From positions 1-40,296 of the forward strand of contig JAGLGG010000102.1 of assembly GCA_023144145.1 (NCBI GenBank): a DNA stretch of 40,296 bases, given 5' to 3'. Both the position numbers and the translations under genes were made by a program. The notes below the pieces were generated by a model that searched no databases, was not told where the DNA came from, and worked only from the letters and a program-made list of their open reading frames with translations. How positions within the stretch are numbered: the stretch's first letter is position 1; each line of letters opens with the position of its first letter. Source of the DNA: Anaerolineales bacterium (GTDB lineage: Bacteria > Chloroflexota > Anaerolineae > Anaerolineales > E44-bin32). Shown piece after piece: positions 27,401-37,572 of the stretch.

Positions 27401-28741
27401 CTTGAGTCTGTTATTTCGGTTGATCACACGACGATAAAGGTCATTCAGGTCTGAGGTGGCAAAGCGACCACCATCGAGTTGAACCATGGGTCGAAGATCG
27501 GGCGGAATGACCGGAAGGACTGTCAGGATCATCCACTCAGGAATATTATCCGACCGACGGAATGCTTCAACAACCTTCAAACGTTTGGTCGCCTTCTTCT
27601 TACGCTGCTTGCTTCGAGTTGTACGTGCTTCTTCCCACAAATCCTCAGCAAGCTGATCGAGATCCAATTTCTGCAGGATCTCATAGAAAGCTTCCGCCCC
27701 CATGTCAGCCCGAAAAACTTGACCCCATTTGGTCTTCAACTCCCGATAATTTGACTCACCCAGAAACATCAGTTTTTCGATCCCCATCAACTCTTCACGA
27801 TCCTGGTTCATGCTCTCGAGTGATGCTTCGTATGTTTCATCGGGTGTTTCACTGAGCTTGGCCAATTCCGCCTCAGCCTGAGCCTGGGCCACCTCAATTT
27901 TTGCTTCCAGGCTTGCCATTTCTTGATCGCGTCGATCCTTCAGGCCAGCCTCTATCTCATCGAGGTGGCCCTTTACTGCTTTTTGGACGCGTTTTATGTG
28001 TTCATTCTTGATGGTTTCGCCTTTGTCAGCAATTAAGGTATCAAGTTCCTTTAAATAAATTGGGACCCTGATGCTCTTGCCAAGCTTATTGCTCAGGTCA
28101 CGTTCGAGTCGTTGACCCTCTTGAATTACTGGAGCAATTTTTGTGGCGACCTCTTCATCAAACTCTTCATTTACTTTTCGCACCTTGTCTTCTAGCTCTT
28201 GGAGAACACCTTCATGGCTTACTTTAAGCTCTTCCAGCTGATTCTCCAGGCTTTTTACATGCTCATTTTCGAAGTTAGTTACATCATCTTCAAGGTTCTT
28301 TAATGCCTTGCGACGTGCCTCTTCGTCTACGTGAGTCACAATATATTGGGCGAAATAGAGAACTCTGTCGAGGTTCCGGCGAGAGATATCGAGCAATAGA
28401 CCCAAGTAGGATGGTACTCGCCGTGTGTACCACACATGGGCTACAGGCGCGGAAAGAATGATGTGACCCATCCGCTCTCTTCGCACTGCTGAACGGGTGA
28501 CCTCAACTCCGCACTTCTCACAAGTTATTCCCTTAAAGCGGATATTTTTATATTTCCCACAGTAACATTGCCAATCTTTAGTTGGTCCAAAGATTGCTTC
28601 GCAGAACAAACCATCTTTTTCGGGTCGTAATCTCCTATAGTTGATCGTCTCCGGTTTCAACACCTCGCCATAAGACCAACTCAATATTGTTTCAGGCGAT
28701 GCCAGACTAATTTTTAACGCTCTAAACCCTTTGGCTTGCAC
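24488..28741 (-). CDS. rpoC: DNA-directed RNA polymerase subunit beta-prime
   Basis: 1417 aa with the Zn-finger CYCGKYK...[26 protein letters not shown] and the catalytic NADFDGDQM at residues 625-633. The trigger-loop and C-terminal regions are present. GTG start after GGGAGGA. Confidence 0.97.
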   Translation of the reverse strand: MQAKGFRALKISLASPETILSWSYGEVLKPETINYRRLRPEKDGLFCEAIFGPTKDWQCYCGKYKNIRFKGITCEKCGVEVTRSAVRRERMGHIILSAPVAHVWYTRRVPSYLGLLLDISRRNLDRVLYFAQYIVTHVDEEARRKALKNLEDDVTNFENEHVKSLENQLEELKVSHEGVLQELEDKVRKVNEEFDEEVATKIAPVIQEGQRLERDLSNKLGKSIRVPIYLKELDTLIADKGETIKNEHIKRVQKAVKGHLDEIEAGLKDRRDQEMASLEAKIEVAQAQAEAELAKLSETPDETYEASLESMNQDREELMGIEKLMFLGESNYRELKTKWGQVFRADMGAEAFYEILQKLDLDQLAEDLWEEARTTRSKQRKKKATKRLKVVEAFRRSDNIPEWMILTVLPVIPPDLRPMVQLDGGRFATSDLNDLYRRVINRNNRLKRLVELGAPDVIIRNEKRMLQEAVDSLIDNAQRGKALSRRGRRELKSLSDMLKGKKGRFRRNLLGKRVDYSGRSVIVIGPGLKLDQCGLPKDMALELYRPFVISKLVAYNYAANVKGAKRIIERQRPEVWEVLEEVILDRPVLLNRAPTLHRLGIQAFEPVLVEGKAIHLHPLVCSAFNADFDGDQMSVHVPLSENAVREARELMLSTKNLLKPADGEPVVGPTKDMVLGVYYLTMSFDGKVKKKKLRAFSDMDEVEMVFNLGQVEVHTPIRLESLTWYNEENERLDEPEMKVIETTVGRALFNRVLPHELQFVNRTLDKGEIQELVGEIYHLLREEGTPAVVDAIKDIGFVFATRSGTTIAISDISVPPTKHEIVSKTLEAAEAVREDYQRGLLTEQEQKERIIDLWQETTKNIATEVRLHMDPTGNLSSMAISGATKGGFGPISQLAGMRGLMADPAGRIIPLPIRSSFRDGLTTLEYFISTHGARKGLTDTALRTADAGYLTRRLVDVAQDVIINSDDCETDQGQWIRRSSNVADQDFQSRVFGRYIAQRVSDPETGEVVAKKGDLIKRELAEELELSNVQEIFVRSPLTCELRFGLCVKCYGLDLGRGNPVQLGSAVGIVAAQSIGEPGTQLTLRTFHTGGVAAGGDITTGLPRVEELFEARKKPKGEAITSEIAGTVQVMMPDTPDGQRVVRVIDSRLVKDEYHVPGNWSLKVEDASEIEEGVIIGTRGDSKIIATHGGRVSVKERRVVVAHDQLDEEEYDIPASARLLVKEGERIEAGQRLTEGSLNPHRILRIKGREECEIYLLTEVQKVYRSQGQNINDKHFDVIISKMLSKIQITAAGDSDLLPGDMLDRLYLKEINERLLAEGKMPAKATQILLGVTKASLNTESFLSASSFQHTIKVLAGAAIEGKVDYLRGLKENVIIGKLIPAGTGFPGEDVVLHDDRLDGEPDLEEMEIDLEAVAAD

Positions 28742-28899
28742 CCAGGTTCCTCCCGATAGAAAAAATTTTATATATTACCTTAAATTAAAAATGGAACAAA
28801 CGTGCTATAGGGTAAACCAACAAGAACTAGCGCATGAGATCAACATTTCCTCAAGCGCTCCTGCTCGCGCCAACCAATTTATTGTACGCATTCAGGTAA

Positions 28900-28927
28900 A
28901 TTATACGTAATTTGGTCCAATTGTCAA
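28900..28927 (-). promoter_or_regulatory. Near-consensus promoter (TTGACA - 16 nt - TATAAT) dedicated to rpoC
   Basis: Minus strand reads TTGACAATTGGACCAAATTACGTATAAT, about 160 nt upstream of the rpoC GTG. Confidence 0.6.
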
Positions 28928-28965
28928 GGATAGGCACAAGAGCTCGTGATTCATGTGTCCGCACT

Positions 28966-31900
28966 TCAAATTGCGTGAAATGGCAGTTCGATCGTAAACG
29001 TACTACCCACCCCTAGGCGACTTTCAACATAAACACGGCCGCCGTGTTGCTCGACCACTGATTTAACGATGGCCAATCCCAATCCTGAGCCCAATCCACC
29101 ATTTGATTCCTTTTTTTGCACCCGGTAGAACTTCTCGAACAGCCTTGCTTGGTCCGTCGTTGAGATGCCCACGCCTGAATCTTCCACACTAATCCGTTGT
29201 ACTCCATTCATCTGGCTTGCATAAACCCGAACCTTCCCAAATGCAGGCGTAAAGATAATCGCGTTATCGATCAGGTTCGCAAGAGCCTGACGAATTAAAG
29301 TTGGGTCGATTGTGATCGGCGACATATCATTATCCATATCCCAATCCAATGAGACTTGTTGATTCAACGCCTGAGGTTTATATGAATCTACAACTTCCAT
29401 AATGATCGATCCAATATCAGTCTTTTCCAATTGAAGGCCAAGATCCGCTTCGATTCTCCCCAGGTCTAACACATTATCAACGAGCCGAGCCATTTGGTCT
29501 GAAGATTCAGTGATCTTTCGGAGGTACTCCTTTTGTTGGTCATTCATCGATCCGACCATTGATAGCATTGTGACGTACCCCTTCATGAGGGTAAGCGGCA
29601 TCTTCAAATCATGGCTTACAGTTTGCACAAACTCGGATTTCAATGTATCTAGTTTCTTAAAATGCGATATGTCCCATAGGACACATATCTTCCCAGAAGA
29701 ATTTGATACCCCCTCTTGAACTTCGGAGACAGATACGAAAAATACCTGCCCATCATTAAAGTGAATTTCACGCGTCGGCGACTCATTTGTCGACTGACTC
29801 AACATTTCCTGAATTTCATCAACAATGACAACTTCTGAAGCGCTCCTCCCTACTGCATCATCAACGCCAACATTCAATACAACCTGGGCAGCTGGATTCG
29901 CCAAGGAAATAAGTCCATGGGCATTGGTGACAATCACAGCATCTGGAATCGCTTCCAGCATGGCTCCCAAACGACTTCTTTCATCTTCCCCGGAATGATA
30001 TAAACGGGAATTTACTAGAGCAACGCCTAAATTGCTTGCGATAATCGAAATGAGGTTGGTTTCACTTTCTGCGTATGGATGTGCTGATTGATGTCCTAGC
30101 CAAATACATCCGACAAATTGATCCTCATTTAGAATCGGAAATGCTGCGAGCGAATTTATCTCAACGGAAAGCTGTGCAAGATTGAAAACAGTTTGAGCTC
30201 GTGCAGGATTCTCAAGAACAAAATACCCCTTATCTTCACTCAAATCCAATATTTGTTTGTCCAAGCTTACCCACCCCCCTGGATCACCTCCTGATTGGTG
30301 TGCCTCGACAGGCGTAAGGGCATTTCTCTTTTCTGGTGCGATTAGTAATCGCACCAGATTTGCCTTTGTTAATCCTCGAATTCCATCGAGAATTGGAGGA
30401 AGCACTTGGTTTAGATCCAAACTGGAAGCCACTCGCTGGCTAACGGCAAGTAAGAGGTCCATCTCGTTTAATCTGGATTGAAGGCTTGATCGCATTCGTT
30501 CGAAAGAAGCTGAGAGGCGTCCAATTTCATCCTCACCCCCGTTTGGAACTGCTTTATCAAGATTTCCTCGTGCGATAGATTCTGCCACCTCAACCATCTG
30601 TTCAAGCGGTTGGGTGAGACGTCTGCCGATAGCATAAATTACACCAAGAACGACAGCTCCGATGAGAAGGATCATTGCGAAAAGGCGAAGCCCAAGACGC
30701 ATTGCCAAGCTTGTTACGGACATCTGTGGAATTTCCATAACAACATTCCAAGAGTAACCATCCACAGGATGTACGTATAAAAGTTGCGCTTGCCCTTGGC
30801 CGTCGACCCCCCGTGACACACCGACAGTCGCAGTTAGATCTACATTTGCCAAGCGCATAATCATGTGTGATTCCGGGTGTATGATGATCCTTCCGCGAGC
30901 ATCTGTCATATAGGCCGTACCCAGCGAAAACTCTTTGAGCCTATTCACAGTTGGATTGAGAAAGGGATTATTATTCAGATTTGTCCAACCCGTCATAGCG
31001 CCGATGAGGACACCATCGTTCTCGGAATAGATCGGAGATAGAAAAACCAGCCTAGCGGAGGTGCCTTCGCTGCTCGGGCTCAAGATTACCTCATCTGGAA
31101 CACCGTTCAAGGCCACTCGCAGTGCCAAATCTAGATCGGCTAGATTGCCTTCCATTGATGATGCTTCTGGGGTCATAGCAATGACGGACTTTTGCTCATC
31201 ATAAATAATTAAATGAGTGAAGAAATCAATTCTGGATCTCAGTCTTTCAAGCGATGTTCTGGTAGCTTCTGCATCTCCCATGACAGCATCAATTTCTGCT
31301 GCGTACTGACGAGTGAGTGAGCGACCGGTCTGGATGAAGTATGGGACCCCACTTCCCGCGTCATTTGCAGACTGCCAAACCTGGGTCTCAATCAATTCCT
31401 CCGCAGAAGTCTGTGCCAGAAGCCAATCTCCAACCAGAAGGATTGTGCTTGCCAAAACGCCTAGGATCAAGAATACGCTGAGTATTTTTCCTGCCAGCGA
31501 TCTTCGATAAGGTCCTGGAATTAACCAGTGTGGGTTGTACCATTCATCCTTTCTGCGAATACGGATCGCATTAGAAACAAAGCCTGCAATCAGTAAGGGC
31601 AAAGCAGAGAATAAAATGATCTCCCCCAAATTCCCCAACAAGTAGTTCACGCCATAGAGTAGATCGCCATCATAAATTGAAAACAGCTCCAACGCCCTTA
31701 AGAGCCCCATCAGCAACCCGCCGGTCAACCCTGCGATTATGGGATTACGTAAAGTTTTTCCAAACAGATCGTCAAAATTGTTTCGTAATATCCAAGCTAC
31801 CAGACCTGCTTCAAGTGCAAAATGAAAGGCAGTAATAACACCTTGGGATTCTGACCCGGCAAAAATAAACCCTCCTGCCAACCCAAAAAATATTGCATGT

Positions 31901-32244
31901 CTCACACCAAAAAAACCACTTACTAACATCCAAGGGACTGCAGCTAAAAGTGCAAATGAGATTGCGGAGGCGCTCTGGAAATCATTGCTTGAAGAATTAA
32001 ATCCTGGCAATTCAAGCCGGATCAAAAAAAGCTGAGGAAGCAAAATTTGGGAAAGTACCAAGAGAATAAAAATGCTCCGAACTGAAGGGGACTGCAAGTT
32101 TTCAAAAAAACTCTCACGCTCGGGTTGAGAGAGGAAAATTGAAGCTAGACCGAGGACATAAACCCCGATCAGGATGAAGCCCAAAGAACCAGAGGGGAAA
32201 GCAAGGTGAAAACCACCACCGATACCCCAAAATTCAAACCCCAT
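28966..32244 (-). CDS. Multi-domain sensor histidine kinase (polytopic N-terminus, periplasmic sensor, HAMP, GAF, PAS, HisKA, HATPase)
   Basis: About 7 N-terminal TM helices and a later TM pair flank an extracytoplasmic region. HAMP (PLEQMVEVAESIARGNLD...EIGRLSASFERM), H-box SEFVQTVSHDLKMPLT, N-box LIDNAIIFTP and G-box GSGLGLAIVK are present. Confidence 0.85.
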   Translation of the reverse strand: MGFEFWGIGGGFHLAFPSGSLGFILIGVYVLGLASIFLSQPERESFFENLQSPSVRSIFILLVLSQILLPQLFLIRLELPGFNSSSNDFQSASAISFALLAAVPWMLVSGFFGVRHAIFFGLAGGFIFAGSESQGVITAFHFALEAGLVAWILRNNFDDLFGKTLRNPIIAGLTGGLLMGLLRALELFSIYDGDLLYGVNYLLGNLGEIILFSALPLLIAGFVSNAIRIRRKDEWYNPHWLIPGPYRRSLAGKILSVFLILGVLASTILLVGDWLLAQTSAEELIETQVWQSANDAGSGVPYFIQTGRSLTRQYAAEIDAVMGDAEATRTSLERLRSRIDFFTHLIIYDEQKSVIAMTPEASSMEGNLADLDLALRVALNGVPDEVILSPSSEGTSARLVFLSPIYSENDGVLIGAMTGWTNLNNNPFLNPTVNRLKEFSLGTAYMTDARGRIIIHPESHMIMRLANVDLTATVGVSRGVDGQGQAQLLYVHPVDGYSWNVVMEIPQMSVTSLAMRLGLRLFAMILLIGAVVLGVIYAIGRRLTQPLEQMVEVAESIARGNLDKAVPNGGEDEIGRLSASFERMRSSLQSRLNEMDLLLAVSQRVASSLDLNQVLPPILDGIRGLTKANLVRLLIAPEKRNALTPVEAHQSGGDPGGWVSLDKQILDLSEDKGYFVLENPARAQTVFNLAQLSVEINSLAAFPILNEDQFVGCIWLGHQSAHPYAESETNLISIIASNLGVALVNSRLYHSGEDERSRLGAMLEAIPDAVIVTNAHGLISLANPAAQVVLNVGVDDAVGRSASEVVIVDEIQEMLSQSTNESPTREIHFNDGQVFFVSVSEVQEGVSNSSGKICVLWDISHFKKLDTLKSEFVQTVSHDLKMPLTLMKGYVTMLSMVGSMNDQQKEYLRKITESSDQMARLVDNVLDLGRIEADLGLQLEKTDIGSIIMEVVDSYKPQALNQQVSLDWDMDNDMSPITIDPTLIRQALANLIDNAIIFTPAFGKVRVYASQMNGVQRISVEDSGVGISTTDQARLFEKFYRVQKKESNGGLGSGLGLAIVKSVVEQHGGRVYVESRLGVGSTFTIELPFHAI

Positions 32245-32600
32245 ACTCCTCCCGACGCACCAATACGGCCGAAAAATTATAGCAGTTATCGGGGACGCGA
32301 ACCAATATCTACGTTATACACATAAGAATCGGATTGTACAAACCCAAAAATCAGACTGATCCAATCGATGGATTGACCAAAGATTAGCAGCCTGCATAAG
32401 ACCGGTTAAGTTGCCGCTCCTATTTTTACTCAAGTGTCATGCTCCTGCTTGCCGCTGCTTATGCTTTATGCTAGACTGCCAAATACTAGAGATTACAATC
32501 AGGTACGCAGTCAGATGCGATTTAATAAACGCTGATCTCCGATTTTTTTAAGCAGCCGAATAAGAGCGCGATTGGCAATCTTCAAAGGGAAAATACACAT

Positions 32601-33761
32601 ATGGCTGAGAAGATTCTCATCATTGATGATGATATTGATACCCTGAAACTTGTTGGGCTAATGCTTGAGCGGCAAGGTTACGAGATATCCGTCGCCAGCA
32701 ATGGCACGATTGGTCTGCAGAAAACCTCAAGTATCGTTCCTGATTTGATCCTGCTGGATGTGATGATGCCAGATATGGATGGTTATGAGGTCACAAAACG
32801 GCTTCGCGCAGACCCGTCCATTTCATCGATCCCTATCATTATGTTTACTGCTAAAACGATGGTCGACGATAAAGTGGCCGGTTTTGAGGCTGGTGTGGAT
32901 GATTATTTGACCAAACCCACCCACCCCGCTGAGCTCACTGCACATGTAAAAGCCGTTCTAGCGCGCACTGCTCATGCTCGATCTGAACCAAGTGAACGCG
33001 CCCGCTCAATTGCATTTGTTGGAGCTAGAGGTGGTCTTGGGACTTCTACAATTGCTCTAAACGTGAGCATCGCATTGCAGCACCAAGGTCATGACGTTTT
33101 ACTCGCCGAACTCAGCCCTGGCAGGGGGACACTTGCATTGGATCTTCATATTGCAGAGCCGGTTGGTCTGAGCCACCTGCTTTCTCGGTCGCTCAAGGAC
33201 ATTCATCTGCGATCAGTCGACTCAGAAATCATTGCACATAAAACAGGGCTCAGATTGCTGCTTTCTTCGTTTTATCCTCGCGAAGCGGAACTCGAACAAG
33301 CTGTGCCTCAGATGGAAGCCATAGTTGCCAACCTCACCGCGATGTGCACCACCGTCGTGCTTGATATGGGATCTGGTATTCGGCCGCATACTCAAGCGTT
33401 ACTCAGCAACTGTGATCGAGTTGTGCTTGTAGTTGAACCTATTTACCCGGCTACGATGATTGGACAAACACTGGTTGAGGAGCTAGAGACGAGGGGAATA
33501 GGTCGCCACAAAGTCAGCCTGGCTTTGATTACTCGGGAAAGAACCAGTCTACAAGTCCCCTGGCAACAAGTTTCCAGCGATCTTGGCTTGGAGTTGGCAG
33601 GAATCATCTCCCCAGCACCCGAACAGGCTCACCAGGCTTCTCAATCCGGAACCCCTCTCATTGTCCTCCACCCAGCAGGCTTGGTTACGGATCAAATTCA
33701 TAAATTGGCTGATCACTTATCAACATTCTTATTACCTGTGCGAGGCCGAACCCGTCTGTGA
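32601..33761 (+). CDS. Response-regulator receiver fused to a CpaE/MinD/ParA-like P-loop domain with an atypical Walker A
   Basis: The receiver is canonical (ILIIDDD, LILLDVMMPDMDG, MFTAKT, LTKP). The second domain reads IAFVGARGGLGTSTIALNVSIAL...VVLDMGSG. Arg occupies the signature-Lys position of the KGGxG motif. Confidence 0.7.
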   Translation: MAEKILIIDDDIDTLKLVGLMLERQGYEISVASNGTIGLQKTSSIVPDLILLDVMMPDMDGYEVTKRLRADPSISSIPIIMFTAKTMVDDKVAGFEAGVDDYLTKPTHPAELTAHVKAVLARTAHARSEPSERARSIAFVGARGGLGTSTIALNVSIALQHQGHDVLLAELSPGRGTLALDLHIAEPVGLSHLLSRSLKDIHLRSVDSEIIAHKTGLRLLLSSFYPREAELEQAVPQMEAIVANLTAMCTTVVLDMGSGIRPHTQALLSNCDRVVLVVEPIYPATMIGQTLVEELETRGIGRHKVSLALITRERTSLQVPWQQVSSDLGLELAGIISPAPEQAHQASQSGTPLIVLHPAGLVTDQIHKLADHLSTFLLPVRGRTRL

Positions 33762-34528
33762 ACTTGGATATCAACTCGTCACATTTGAAGAGGGCAGCTG
33801 AGTTGCTTCGGAAATCGAAGAGGGCTGTTGCATTGACCGGAGCGGGAATTTCCACCCCCTCCGGCATTCCCGATTTTCGTTCTCCTCATACGGGACTGTG
33901 GGATAAAGTCAATCCAATGGAAGTTTCCTCGCTCATGTCCTTTCGGTATAACCCTGAAAAGTTCTTCGAATGGTCACGTCCCCTCACCGCACTCATCCTC
34001 GATGCAGTACCAAATCCAGCTCATATCGGATTGGCACAACTTGAAGAGACAAACCACCTGGTGGCTGTGGTCACACAAAATATTGATAACCTTCATTATC
34101 GCGCTGGCTCAAAAAGAGTCTTTGAAGTTCATGGCCACATTCGTGAATCTACGTGCGTAAATTGTTATCAAAAAGTCGCTGCAGAAAAACACATTAGAAT
34201 TTTTATTGAGCAAGGAATCACCCCACGTTGCGAGGAATGTGGAGGGATATTAAAACCAGACGTTGTATTATTCGGAGAACAGTTGCCTTTCAATGTGGTG
34301 AACGAAGCACATCAAGCTATCGCCACCAGCGACTTGATGATCGTAATTGGATCATCGCTGGAAGTAACCCCTGTTGCTTTATTCCCTCTGGACGCTTTGA
34401 GTGCCGGCGCTAAATTGATTATTATTAACGAAGAGCCGACTTATCTTGATGAAAGGGCCGACGTCGTCTTTCACAACTGTGCTGCAAAAGTTGTGCCAAG
34501 ATTGGTCGAAGAGGTGCTGCATGAGTGA
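33758..34528 (+). CDS. cobB: NAD-dependent protein deacylase, Sir2 family
   Basis: GAGISTPSGIPDFRS, TQNIDNLH, the catalytic VHG and the Zn-ribbon CVNC...CEECGG are present. The GTG start overlaps the upstream stop (GTGA). Confidence 0.8.
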   Translation: MNLDINSSHLKRAAELLRKSKRAVALTGAGISTPSGIPDFRSPHTGLWDKVNPMEVSSLMSFRYNPEKFFEWSRPLTALILDAVPNPAHIGLAQLEETNHLVAVVTQNIDNLHYRAGSKRVFEVHGHIRESTCVNCYQKVAAEKHIRIFIEQGITPRCEECGGILKPDVVLFGEQLPFNVVNEAHQAIATSDLMIVIGSSLEVTPVALFPLDALSAGAKLIIINEEPTYLDERADVVFHNCAAKVVPRLVEEVLHE

Positions 34529-35798
34529 CATAAAAACACACGATGGCATTTCAGAAGCAAACGCTGACGTCAATCCTAATATTGTCGACCGCTACGCCAG
34601 ACTGTTGGAACTTTCTACCGACCTTGCCGCGATACTGGACATCGATATCCTCCTGCACGAAATTGTGGAGGCCGCGCGCGAACTAACTGAGTGCGAAGCA
34701 GCATCACTCTTAATTTACGACCCTGAGGATAACCACCTTTACTTCCAAGCTGCAACAGACCTACTTGCCGAAGGACTCGGAGGAACTGCTGTTCCAACCG
34801 ACAACAGTATCGCTGGTTGGATCTTCATACACAACGAACCTTTGTTAGTTGATGATGTGCTTCAAGATCCAAGATTTTTTCGAGAGGTGGATGTTCTCAC
34901 TCGTTTCCAAACGCAGAGCATACTCGGCGTTCCAATGCGGACCAAGGATAAGACAATTGGGGTAATCGAATCTATCAATAAGGAGCATGGCAAATTCAGT
35001 CAGGAAGATCAGAAATTACTAGAAACACTCGCAGCTCAAAGCGCAATTTATATTGAAAATACGGCCTTATTCCAGCAAAACGATATTGTTGCAGAGATGG
35101 TGCACGAGCTGCGGACTCCTTTGACTGCCTTAACTGCGGTAGCCAACCTGCTCCAGCGGCAAGACCTTCCTGAACAACAGCGTCTTTCGTTAGCACAGAC
35201 ACTTCATGTGGAGGTTAATCGGCTGAACGGTATGACAACGGATTTCCTGGAGCTCTCAAGATTAGAAACTGGCAGGTCACGTTTTTACCGTGAACCCGTA
35301 CATCTTGGGGGATTGATCGAGGAATGCCTCCAGATTATCAAGGCACAGGCAGAAGAAGAAGCCATCCTTTTTGATGTCCACCTTGATCGATCGATTCCAC
35401 CGGTACAAGGCGATAGGAACCGTTTGAAGCAGGTTCTGTTGAATCTACTGACAAACGCGATCAAATATACAAATCCCGGGGGAAAGATCACCATCCGGTT
35501 AAAACAAAAAACCAAGTCAATCTTACTGACAATTGAAGACAATGGTCGTGGAATTCCAGAGGAGTCACTACCCTTCATTTTCGACAAATTCTATAGGGTC
35601 CCTCAGCGGGAAGGAGATGCGCCTGGTACAGGACTTGGTCTAGCCATTGCAAAGCGGATTGTTGAAAGCCATGGGGGAACGATAAGTGTTGAGAGCCAGG
35701 TGGATCAGGGCAGCACTTTTTTCCTTCGCCTACCCTCTGATTTCGGGCATCGTTTGGAAACGAAACCTCTTAAAGGTCACCCCCTTCTCCCAAATTGA
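34521..35798 (+). CDS. GAF-domain sensor histidine kinase (cytoplasmic)
   Basis: A GAF region is followed by the H-box VHELRTPLT, N-box LLTNAIKYT and G-boxes DNGRGI and GTGLGLAIAK. The ATG at 34521 overlaps the end of the sirtuin gene by 8 nt. The track ORF extends upstream to 34446. Confidence 0.8.
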   Translation: MSDIKTHDGISEANADVNPNIVDRYARLLELSTDLAAILDIDILLHEIVEAARELTECEAASLLIYDPEDNHLYFQAATDLLAEGLGGTAVPTDNSIAGWIFIHNEPLLVDDVLQDPRFFREVDVLTRFQTQSILGVPMRTKDKTIGVIESINKEHGKFSQEDQKLLETLAAQSAIYIENTALFQQNDIVAEMVHELRTPLTALTAVANLLQRQDLPEQQRLSLAQTLHVEVNRLNGMTTDFLELSRLETGRSRFYREPVHLGGLIEECLQIIKAQAEEEAILFDVHLDRSIPPVQGDRNRLKQVLLNLLTNAIKYTNPGGKITIRLKQKTKSILLTIEDNGRGIPEESLPFIFDKFYRVPQREGDAPGTGLGLAIAKRIVESHGGTISVESQVDQGSTFFLRLPSDFGHRLETKPLKGHPLLPN

Positions 35799-37492
35799 CG
35801 TTCGAGAGAATCAACGGATATATGGATCATTGTAGGCCTGCCATGAGGGCACGTTCGAGGTGCTTGGCAGGCTTCTAATTCCTGGATCAAACGACGCTGC
35901 TCTTCTAGTGAGAGCACCTGGCCAGCTTTAACCGCCGCTCGCTTACATACTCGTGCAGCAATGCGGGCTTCAACCTCGTTCGCCAATGGTTGTTCATCCT
36001 CATCAAGTTCATCTACCACCGATCTAAGAGCTAGATTCGGATCCGCAGAGGACAAAATCGCCGGAATGGCTCTGAGCCTAAACATATCCCGACCAAACGG
36101 TTCGATCTGGAAACCTAATGATTGAAGCACCTCGATCTGTTCTTCGATGATGAGCGCTTCTGAATGGCTTAATGAAATCGTGACCGGCATAAGGAGCCTC
36201 TGCGCTTCCACCGCGCCATCCTCCCACGCACGCATCAGTTTTTCAAATAATACCCGTTCATGCGCTGCGTGTTGATCGATGAGGTATAGGCCATCAGGGC
36301 CTTCCGCTACCAAATATGCTGCCCCGACCTGGCCAACAGACCTCAAAAGAGGAACATTGGTTATTGGAAGACTCTGCTGAACTCCGTCAACCGCCTGTCC
36401 ATCTTGCTCTGGGTGAACAATATTCCAGTGAGGGTCAATTCCATCGGATGCTGCTGGTTGTTCGTAGGAGCGCCAAGTAGAATCAACCTGGATTGAAGGA
36501 GGCCCCTGCCCCAGTAATATTCCACGAATAACCCGCTGAACGATGGTGAACACTGCGCCTGGATCTTGAAAACGGACTTCAGCTTTCCCGGGGTGGACAT
36601 TTACATCGATAGTTTCGGGGGGCAAATCGAGGAATAAAACAACGATCGGATATCGACCAACCATGAGCAATCCATGATACGCCTGAACAACTGCTGCAGA
36701 TAGACTGGCATCCTTCACCCATCGACCTTGGACAAAGTGTGTAATTTCCCGCCTGGAGCCTCTATGAACCGAAGGTGAACTGATATAGCCTGAAACCGAC
36801 ATCTTTGGGGTGTCGGTTCGGGGAATTGCGATCATATCTTTGGCAATATCCAAACCAAAAACCGCTGCAAGGACTTCACGCTGGTTTCCATTTCCTGATG
36901 TTTGAAGTCGAATCTTACCTTCTTGGATCAAATGAAATGATATTGATGCATATGCCAAAGCGTAGCGCGAGACCAGATTACTTATTCTTCTGCGTTCTGT
37001 GGTTTCAGTTTTGAGGAATTTTAGTCGTGCGGGGACATTAAAAAACAAGTCCCTAACCTGAACTGCGGTTCCAATTGGCGCACCAACAGCTTGAGGCTCT
37101 TCGCCCTTTCCAGCCGATACAGACAATTTTGTGCCGCTCTCTTCCAAACTTGTGCGAGAAACAATCTGCAAATGAGACACTGCCCCGATTGCCCCTAATG
37201 CCTCTCCCCTAAAGCCTAGGGTTTGGATCTTGAAGAGATCTGACTCTGTCGAAAGTTTTGAAGTCGCATGTCGGGCAATTGAGAGTGGCACGTCCTCTGA
37301 TGACATTCCGATACCATCATCAACAACCTCGATAAGCTTCCTTCCCCCATTTTCAATTGTGATTTGAATTCGGCTCGCGGATGCATCAATGGCGTTCTCT
37401 AAAAGCTCTTTAACAACAGATTCAGGTCTCTCAACCACTTCTCCAGCCGCAATGGCAGATGCCACAGAATCCGGCAGCACGCGAATACGCAA
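35777..37492 (-). CDS. mutL: DNA mismatch repair protein MutL
   Basis: (M)RIRVLPDSVASAIAAGEVVERPESVVKELLENAIDA, the GHKL ATPase motifs (DDGIGM, GFRGEAL) and the C-terminal endonuclease-type region are present. TTG start after GGGAGG. Confidence 0.9.
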   Translation of the reverse strand: MRIRVLPDSVASAIAAGEVVERPESVVKELLENAIDASASRIQITIENGGRKLIEVVDDGIGMSSEDVPLSIARHATSKLSTESDLFKIQTLGFRGEALGAIGAVSHLQIVSRTSLEESGTKLSVSAGKGEEPQAVGAPIGTAVQVRDLFFNVPARLKFLKTETTERRRISNLVSRYALAYASISFHLIQEGKIRLQTSGNGNQREVLAAVFGLDIAKDMIAIPRTDTPKMSVSGYISSPSVHRGSRREITHFVQGRWVKDASLSAAVVQAYHGLLMVGRYPIVVLFLDLPPETIDVNVHPGKAEVRFQDPGAVFTIVQRVIRGILLGQGPPSIQVDSTWRSYEQPAASDGIDPHWNIVHPEQDGQAVDGVQQSLPITNVPLLRSVGQVGAAYLVAEGPDGLYLIDQHAAHERVLFEKLMRAWEDGAVEAQRLLMPVTISLSHSEALIIEEQIEVLQSLGFQIEPFGRDMFRLRAIPAILSSADPNLALRSVVDELDEDEQPLANEVEARIAARVCKRAAVKAGQVLSLEEQRRLIQELEACQAPRTCPHGRPTMIHISVDSLERQFGRRG

Positions 37493-37572
37493 AATAACCT
37501 CCCGAAGTACTCGATTATATCGTTCACGGGGACGGTTGACACCATCTCCATAGACATCTTATACTCCATCTC

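Noticed and set aside
33758-34528. Sir2-domain protein as an anti-phage NADase effector (Thoeris ThsA, DSR or SIR2-HerA type).
   Set aside because: It is a short (256 aa) canonical sirtuin with the intact GAGIS, QNIDxLH, catalytic His and four-Cys Zn-ribbon motifs. It has no SLOG, TIR, HerA or helicase partner and lies inside a two-component operon.
35777-35798. 22-bp convergent overlap of the GAF kinase and mutL 3' ends as a possible regulatory antisense arrangement.
   Set aside because: Short convergent overlaps are common in compact genomes. No additional structure or motif was seen there.
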